A DNA stretch of 19,310 nucleotides from UHGV virus genome UHGV-0366180. The stretch is one strand, 5' to 3'. Numbering within the stretch: the stretch's first letter is position 1; each line of letters starts with the position of its first letter. The stretch comes from a virus. Shown one piece after another: positions 14,342 to 19,310 of the stretch. The notes under the pieces were generated by a model. It ran no database searches. It was not told where the DNA came from and worked only from the letters and a program-made list of their open reading frames with translations. The position numbers and the translations under genes are program-made.

Positions 14342-17041
14342 ATGGAAAACGTAGATTTTAAAAACTTACATTTAGTTGGTGATACAGAAACTGATGGTTT
14401 ACTCCTTGAGTTCACTAAAGTGCACGTAATGGCTTTCGCAGACTATAAATCTGACGATGAAGAGCCACCTGTATGGGTCTTTACAGATGAGCCTATCCTC
14501 GGTCACAAGTACACTAAGTACATCAAGGGTGGCTTACGTGAAGGTATTGAGTTTGCGTTAAAGGCAAAACGTCTTTGCATTCATAATGGTCTAGGTTATG
14601 ACTGGTGGGTTTTCAATCACATTGCACCGGATTTATGGAACTTTGATAACCCAAAGTGTAAGCCGTGGAGTAATTTCTTTCAGGATTCTCTTATCCAGTC
14701 TCGTGTTCAGTGGATGGATAGACCAACTCCAAAGGGTTATAAAGGTGCTCATGGTTTGGCTGCATGGGGTGCTCGTGTTGGTGTTCGTAAGCCAGAGATT
14801 GAGCATTGGGGTGTGTGGAATGCAGAAATCTTCACTCGTGTTGTAGAAGATATCCGTATTAACGCCAAAACTAAACGGGCACTTGATAATGAGTATCTCA
14901 AGCTTAAGAAGTGTGGCATCGACACTTATGAAACCTACATGCGAGCTAAAGAAACATCTTTCTGGATGAGTCAACAAGCTATCAATGGTTGGAAAGCTGA
15001 TAAAGAGCTTATGGAGTTCCATGTAAAGGAACTTGACAAGTTGACTAATGAACTTGCTTCAGAAGTTGAACCGCATCTACCTCCAACTATTAAGACCAAA
15101 GGTAAAGTCACTGGAGAAGAGTTTGCAAAAGCTTGGAATGAGTATGTTGAAGCATTTGGTCATGCAGATGGACTGAAGAGAATCACCAAGTACCCTAAGA
15201 CAAAGTATCGTCAGCAGGTACGTAATGGTGAGATGCAAACATATGAAATCAAGCCATTTGGTAAGCCAACTACAAAGATTTTTAACATTGAAAAAAGGAA
15301 TTGCTATACACCAACCAACACTGTAACTGGTGAAGAGTACAAGGAAGGCTTTGTAGCAATGAAGGATGCTCGTGCAATTTGCAATGAGTTGAACGCAAAG
15401 ATTGGTAAGAAATGCAAAGACTGGAAGCCAGTAAAAACAGTCAAAACTGTGAAGTACTATAACAGCCACGTTGTTAACCACTTTGAACTTGAGTCAAGTC
15501 GCTACACAGGTTTGATTGATGCACCATATACACCAATTGAGTTTGAAGTTTCTCGTATGACTCAGGTAGCAGTTGTTAAAGACTACTTGAAATCAGTTGG
15601 TTGGATTCCAGATGACTGGAACTACAAGAAAGACTCTGATGGTCGCCCTGTCAAAGTTTGTCGTTTCAAAGACAATAAAAAGATGATTACAAAGCATCCT
15701 AAGTGGCAGGAAATGGTTGAGCGGTGTGGTTTGAGTTATGTTGAACACGAAGGCGTCCAGTACATTGAGCATAACTGGTCTGTGAAGAAGTACACAGATT
15801 TGCTTGAGCCTTGCTTAATCCGTACTTCACCAAAACTTACTGAATCATCTTACGATACGATTGAAGGTGAGCTTGGACAGAAGATTGCTAAATACTACAC
15901 TTTGATGCACCGACGCAGAACTATTGAGAACTCAAAGGATGATGAAAAAGGTTGGTTGAACCAGATTCGTCCTGATGGTCGCCTTAGTGCTGGTGCAATG
16001 GTGTTTGGTACTTCAACTGGACGTATGACACAGTATGGTATTGTAAACGTACCGTCTGGTGCTGCTGTCTATGGGGAACCAATGAGGGCAGTGTGGATTT
16101 GTGAGGAAGGTACTAACGTTGTCTCTGTAGACATGAACTCAGCCCAGCTAGTTCTTCTTTGTAACTTTATGGGTGATAAAGACTTCACCAAAGCGGTAAC
16201 GCAAGGTAAAGAAGAAATTGAGTTCATTCGTCAAGAAGATGGACGCTATTACTGTAAACACTTTGATGAGTACCTCAACCCAGAGATTGATAAGTACCTT
16301 CGCTATGACTCTGAGAATGACCTGTACGTTGTCTATTCAGGGACTGATGCACATACACTGAACAGTATTTACTTTAACTTGAACGATGAGCAGGACATCT
16401 TGACTTGTCGAGCTACTCAGGATGAGAATCTTCTTCATGAGATTAGCAAGGGTCGTAAGAAAGCTAAGAATGGTATCTATGCACTGCTGTTCGGTGCAGG
16501 TGATGAGAAGTTTGCTAAGACGATTAAAGCTGCAACTACTCAGGAAGGTGCGCTGACTAAACAGACTTACTTTATTCGTTTGCCTAAAATTAAAAAGCTG
16601 CTAGATGACTTGGAAGCTGACTACAAAGCAACTAAAAAGGCACTTGAAGAGGTGTTTGGTAAGACTGCTGCAATTTCTAAAGGGGGCTTTGTAAAGGTTG
16701 CTGGAGCTTGGTTGTGGTGTAAATCTCCACATAAGTTATTGAATTATTTGCTCATGGGTTCGGAAAGTCAGATTCAAAATGAGGCAATTAACCTTGCTTG
16801 TAGAAGAGTATGTGAAGAAGGATTGACAAAATTAAATGGACGAAAACCAGCAATCGGTGCTAGGCTTTTGCTGGCATACCACGATGAAAACAGTTGGGAA
16901 TGCCCAGAAAGTATGACTCAAGAAGTTAAAGCCATAACTGACTGGATGTATGGTCAGGCATCTAAGAATTTAGGTTTGAAGAGTGAGACGCTTGTAACTG
17001 GCACAGGTAAGGTTGGTAAGAGCTGGTATGAGGTACATTGA
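14342..17041 (+). CDS. DNA polymerase, family A (T7 gp5-like) with 3'-5' exonuclease domain, 899 aa
   Basis: Exo I VGDTETDGL; Exo II HNGLGYDWWVF (compare T7 HNGHKYD); pre-motif-A TSTGRMTQYGIVNVPS; motif A SVDMNSAQLVLL; motif B RKKAKNGIYALLFGAG; motif C YHDE. Start moved from the ORF-track 14312 to ATG 14342, which has SD AGGGAG 5 nt upstream. Confidence 0.9.
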   Translation: MENVDFKNLHLVGDTETDGLLLEFTKVHVMAFADYKSDDEEPPVWVFTDEPILGHKYTKYIKGGLREGIEFALKAKRLCIHNGLGYDWWVFNHIAPDLWNFDNPKCKPWSNFFQDSLIQSRVQWMDRPTPKGYKGAHGLAAWGARVGVRKPEIEHWGVWNAEIFTRVVEDIRINAKTKRALDNEYLKLKKCGIDTYETYMRAKETSFWMSQQAINGWKADKELMEFHVKELDKLTNELASEVEPHLPPTIKTKGKVTGEEFAKAWNEYVEAFGHADGLKRITKYPKTKYRQQVRNGEMQTYEIKPFGKPTTKIFNIEKRNCYTPTNTVTGEEYKEGFVAMKDARAICNELNAKIGKKCKDWKPVKTVKTVKYYNSHVVNHFELESSRYTGLIDAPYTPIEFEVSRMTQVAVVKDYLKSVGWIPDDWNYKKDSDGRPVKVCRFKDNKKMITKHPKWQEMVERCGLSYVEHEGVQYIEHNWSVKKYTDLLEPCLIRTSPKLTESSYDTIEGELGQKIAKYYTLMHRRRTIENSKDDEKGWLNQIRPDGRLSAGAMVFGTSTGRMTQYGIVNVPSGAAVYGEPMRAVWICEEGTNVVSVDMNSAQLVLLCNFMGDKDFTKAVTQGKEEIEFIRQEDGRYYCKHFDEYLNPEIDKYLRYDSENDLYVVYSGTDAHTLNSIYFNLNDEQDILTCRATQDENLLHEISKGRKKAKNGIYALLFGAGDEKFAKTIKAATTQEGALTKQTYFIRLPKIKKLLDDLEADYKATKKALEEVFGKTAAISKGGFVKVAGAWLWCKSPHKLLNYLLMGSESQIQNEAINLACRRVCEEGLTKLNGRKPAIGARLLLAYHDENSWECPESMTQEVKAITDWMYGQASKNLGLKSETLVTGTGKVGKSWYEVH

Positions 17042-17051
17042 TGGTGTTGAA

Positions 17052-17564
17052 ATGATTACAGAAATTCGTCTTAAGGAGCTATTGGACTATGACCCCGAAA
17101 CAGGGGTCTTTACTTGGAAGTTTAGAGAAGGTAATGCAAACTTTAACTCTAGATTTGGAGGTAAGAGGGCTGGAAACTACAGAACAAATACTGATGGACA
17201 CAAGTCAGTTCAGTTGTTGATTGATGGAAGGAGTTACCAAGCAAATCGTTTAGTTATCTTGTATATGGATGGATATCTGCCTGATAAAACCTTACAGGTT
17301 GACCATCAGAATGGGGACGGTTGGGACAATAGGTACTTGAATTTAAGGGTTTGTACAGCTTCACAAAACTCTTGCAATCGGTCAAGAAAGTCTCCATCTG
17401 GGTTGCCAAAAGGTGTACAGAAGATAAGTAAAAGGTTTCGAGCAATGATACGTTTACAAGGTAAAAACTATCATCTTGGTATGTTTGACACACCTGAAGA
17501 AGCCCATAAAGCTTACTGTGAAGCTGCTATTAAACTCCACGGAGAGTTTGCAAAACTAAGTTGA
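17052..17564 (+). CDS. HNH endonuclease with C-terminal AP2-type domain (copy B)
   Basis: HNH motif VDHQNGDGWDNRYLNLRVCTASQN; AP2-like GVQKISKRFRAMIRLQGKNYHLGMFDTPEEAHKAY; shares the YDPETGVFTW block with copy A. An alternative start at ATG 17028 is possible. Confidence 0.75.
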   Translation: MITEIRLKELLDYDPETGVFTWKFREGNANFNSRFGGKRAGNYRTNTDGHKSVQLLIDGRSYQANRLVILYMDGYLPDKTLQVDHQNGDGWDNRYLNLRVCTASQNSCNRSRKSPSGLPKGVQKISKRFRAMIRLQGKNYHLGMFDTPEEAHKAYCEAAIKLHGEFAKLS

Positions 17565-17589
17565 CAAGGTGCTCAGGGAAGAGTACCTT
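17561..17589 (+). promoter_or_regulatory. Weak candidate sigma70 promoter overlapping the HNH stop
   Basis: Perfect -35 TTGACA at 17561-17566; the only -10-like hexamer at 17-nt spacing is TACCTT (17584-17589); TATACT sits at a 22-nt spacing, too far. Confidence 0.25.
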
Positions 17590-17615
17590 ATACTGTATCT
17601 TGTATAGGAGGACTT

Positions 17616-17726
17616 ATGAGCCACCGTGGAAGAACCCATGCAGCGATGATGAAAGGTGCTTCAAAGGAAACTATCAAGAATCGTACTGGAGTCCTTAAGG
17701 GCGAACGTATTAATATTGACTTCTGA
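17616..17726 (+). CDS. Small ORF (36 aa), basic
   Basis: Strong SD AGGAGG 4 nt before ATG 17616; hand translation MSHRGRTHAAMMKGASKETIKNRTGVLKGERINIDF; under the ORF-track size cut-off. Confidence 0.3.
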   Translation: MSHRGRTHAAMMKGASKETIKNRTGVLKGERINIDF

Positions 17727-17743
17727 ATATTGGGATACCGAAA

Positions 17744-17899
17744 ATGAAACGCAAAGTTAAGTTTTTTAATTTATATGGAAGAGTTGATAAAGGTTTTGAC
17801 TGGCAACTGTTACGTTCAAATGTTAAAAGCAATGAATTAGCACAACTTATCATTCATTATCGACGTATATACAGAGAAGTAGAGCATCGTGAACAGTAA
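17744..17899 (+). CDS. Small ORF (51 aa), basic
   Basis: ATG 17744 with weak SD (GGGATA); hand translation MKRKVKFFNLYGRVDKGFDWQLLRSNVKSNELAQLIIHYRRIYREVEHREQ; fills an otherwise non-coding gap. Confidence 0.3.
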   Translation: MKRKVKFFNLYGRVDKGFDWQLLRSNVKSNELAQLIIHYRRIYREVEHREQ

Positions 17900-17912
17900 T
17901 AGGAGAAGTGCT

Positions 17913-18149
17913 ATGTGGAAAGTAGTAATTGCGCTTGGTGTTATTTTTCTATCTGGCTGCAACCCTTCTTATGAAGATAAAAATGCTTCTTACAGTCTCC
18001 CACCAGAGATGCAAGATTGCAGAGTATACAAGTTACATGGTGATGCTATAAGCAGAGATATTGTTGTTGTAAGATGCCCAAATTCTCAAACAACAACATC
18101 TTACAGCTATGGCAAAAATGGACAATCACACACTACGGTTATTGAGTGA
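17913..18149 (+). CDS. Small lipoprotein precursor (78 aa)
   Basis: ATG 17913 with SD AGGAGA 6 nt upstream (the ORF-track start at 17889 is GTG); signal peptide MWKVVIALGVIFLSGC ending in a lipobox-like LSGC. Confidence 0.55.
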   Translation: MWKVVIALGVIFLSGCNPSYEDKNASYSLPPEMQDCRVYKLHGDAISRDIVVVRCPNSQTTTSYSYGKNGQSHTTVIE

Positions 18150-18159
18150 GGTTTTCACG

Positions 18160-18366
18160 ATGGAAGTCTTAGTAAACTACATCTATTGTTATGATGCTGT
18201 TCACTCCACTACAACCGTAGCTCAACGTAATCCAATCGTCCCACGAGAAGGTGAGTTGGTTCGCATTGATGGTTGGACTTACACTGTGGAGAGTATTACT
18301 CACAAGTTTGATGTTGCTGTCGGTGTTCAGGTTATCGACGTGGAAATTGGTGGTAAGAGAAAATGA
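18160..18366 (+). CDS. Hypothetical protein (68 aa)
   Basis: ATG 18160 with GAGG 8 nt upstream; the ORF-track upstream extension overlaps the lipoprotein gene and lacks an SD. Confidence 0.45.
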   Translation: MEVLVNYIYCYDAVHSTTTVAQRNPIVPREGELVRIDGWTYTVESITHKFDVAVGVQVIDVEIGGKRK

Positions 18367-18554
18367 GCAAAGAAGATAATCGTAAAAATGCTGTACGAAC
18401 TCCTGATGGAAAGGTTCAATCCTTCATATTGACAGTTGATGGAAAACCATTCCGTTGCCACTGTGGAGCGAACTGTTTTCATAAGCCAGATAAAAACGAC
18501 TTAGAGCTTTACGCATGTAATGCTTGTGACACTTGGTATCACTCGGAGGGTTAA
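18363..18554 (+). CDS. Small cysteine-rich zinc-ribbon-like protein (63 aa)
   Basis: Two Cys pairs, CHCGANCFH and CNAC, about 20 residues apart; ATGA overlap with the upstream ORF. Confidence 0.5.
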   Translation: MSKEDNRKNAVRTPDGKVQSFILTVDGKPFRCHCGANCFHKPDKNDLELYACNACDTWYHSEG

Positions 18555-18556
18555 TT

Positions 18557-19117
18557 ATGATATATACTAAACATCTTCATGATAAAATGATTGAACATAA
18601 CTTAAGATGTGTATACTTGAGGCTTAATGATAATAGCCTTCGCAGGTCTTGGTACAAAATAAAGAAGGAAGAATATTCAGATAAAGCACCTAAAAAGAGA
18701 GCTATACTTCAGTTTTGGTATGAGACAAATGCCACACCTTTCAATCATGAAGATTTCTATGGAGAGTATAAGGATATTTGTGAGAACCTGTGCATACCCC
18801 AATTTGACAGTATTGACGTACTTCTAAGTGACTTGTATGAAAGGTTTTCTAAATATGCTTTTAAAGAACAGTTTAAGGATTGTGTAAAATACTGTGATGG
18901 CTCTTTAAAGTTGTATAAATTTAGAATCACTGGTAAGCTTGCTTACAAGACCAAAGATGGTGACTTTATAGACTTCTATGATAGGGATGTTATCAACCTT
19001 CCTGAGCAGTGCTTCGAATTATACGGCGAGGCACTTTCAGAGACTGGCATTAAGATTCCTGTAAAAAGACATATGCTTCAAGGGGAGTTAAATGACAATT
19101 CTGTACAAACAAAATAA
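18557..19117 (+). CDS. Hypothetical protein (186 aa)
   Basis: ATG 18557 with SD GGAGGG 6 nt upstream (the ORF-track start at 18533 lacks one); no recognisable motif. Confidence 0.5.
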   Translation: MIYTKHLHDKMIEHNLRCVYLRLNDNSLRRSWYKIKKEEYSDKAPKKRAILQFWYETNATPFNHEDFYGEYKDICENLCIPQFDSIDVLLSDLYERFSKYAFKEQFKDCVKYCDGSLKLYKFRITGKLAYKTKDGDFIDFYDRDVINLPEQCFELYGEALSETGIKIPVKRHMLQGELNDNSVQTK

Positions 19118-19310
19118 AGATGGCTCTTTTAACGTCTGGTCATGTGTTGCTGTAGGTGACAAAGTTATCACAACCTATGGTAAAGAAAATGGCAAGATGA
19201 TGTTTGAAGAGTATACAGCAGAACCTAAAAACATCGGTAAAAAGAATGAGCGTAACGCTGAACAGCAAGCCCTCTTTGAAGTTGCTGCTAAGTATAAAAA
19301 GCAAGTTGAC
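19092..19310 (+). CDS. Hypothetical protein, N-terminal fragment running off the window end; possible WGR-like nucleic-acid-binding fold
   Basis: ATG 19092 with SD GGGGAG; open frame to the window end; hand translation MTILYKQNKDGSFNVWSCVAVGDKVITTYGKENGKMMFEEYTAEPKNIGKKNERNAEQQALFEVAAKYKKQVD. Overlaps the upstream gene by 26 nt. Confidence 0.35.
   Translation, partial: MTILYKQNKDGSFNVWSCVAVGDKVITTYGKENGKMMFEEYTAEPKNIGKKNERNAEQQALFEVAAKYKKQVD

Noticed and set aside
14598-15481. ORFs within or antisense to the polymerase gene (14598-14846, 14633-15022, 15077-15481).
   Set aside because: Embedded in the motif-supported Pol A frame; odd hydrophobic or Cys-rich compositions typical of shadow ORFs.
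1-19310. T4-like (Tevenvirinae) identity, suggested by nrdA/nrdB/nrdD, dNMP kinase and homing endonucleases.
   Set aside because: The polymerase is family A rather than family B, the primase and helicase are fused as in T7 gp4, and the SSB has a gp2.5-like acidic tail; the replisome is T7-type.
1-19310. CRISPR arrays, tRNA genes or rRNA genes.
   Set aside because: No regularly spaced direct repeats and no tRNA-like sequences seen in the intergenic regions; the window is almost fully protein-coding.

Overview
The window reads as a contiguous DNA-replication and nucleotide-metabolism module of a virulent, AT-rich dsDNA bacteriophage. Everything here is by-eye motif reading of the six-frame track; no database search was run. 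Positions 14084 down to 1 form a long minus-strand gene train: two unknown proteins, dNMP kinase, a T7 gp4-type primase-helicase, an SSB with an acidic C-terminal tail, a 5'-3' flap exonuclease, an HNH-AP2 endonuclease coupled to a GIY-YIG-like nuclease, a MazG-like fusion protein, class I ribonucleotide reductase nrdA and nrdB, a glutaredoxin-like protein, and the N-terminus of anaerobic reductase nrdD. Positions 14342 to the end form a divergent plus-strand train: a family A DNA polymerase, a second HNH-AP2 endonuclease, small ORFs, a lipoprotein, a zinc-ribbon protein and unknowns. The replisome is T7-type, not T4-type. Most ORF-track starts were re-placed using in-frame ATG plus Shine-Dalgarno context, because the track begins several ORFs at GTG/TTG or at unsupported upstream ATGs. 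I did not find one clear-cut novel system. The most unusual signals are a 27-nt identical, hairpin-forming block shared in inverted orientation by the two diverged HNH genes, a family of GC-rich hairpins and intrinsic terminators punctuating the minus-strand train, a self-contained promoter-ssb-terminator unit, and several uncharacterised proteins (an acidic 266-aa protein, the MazG fusion, a lipoprotein-led small-ORF cluster).
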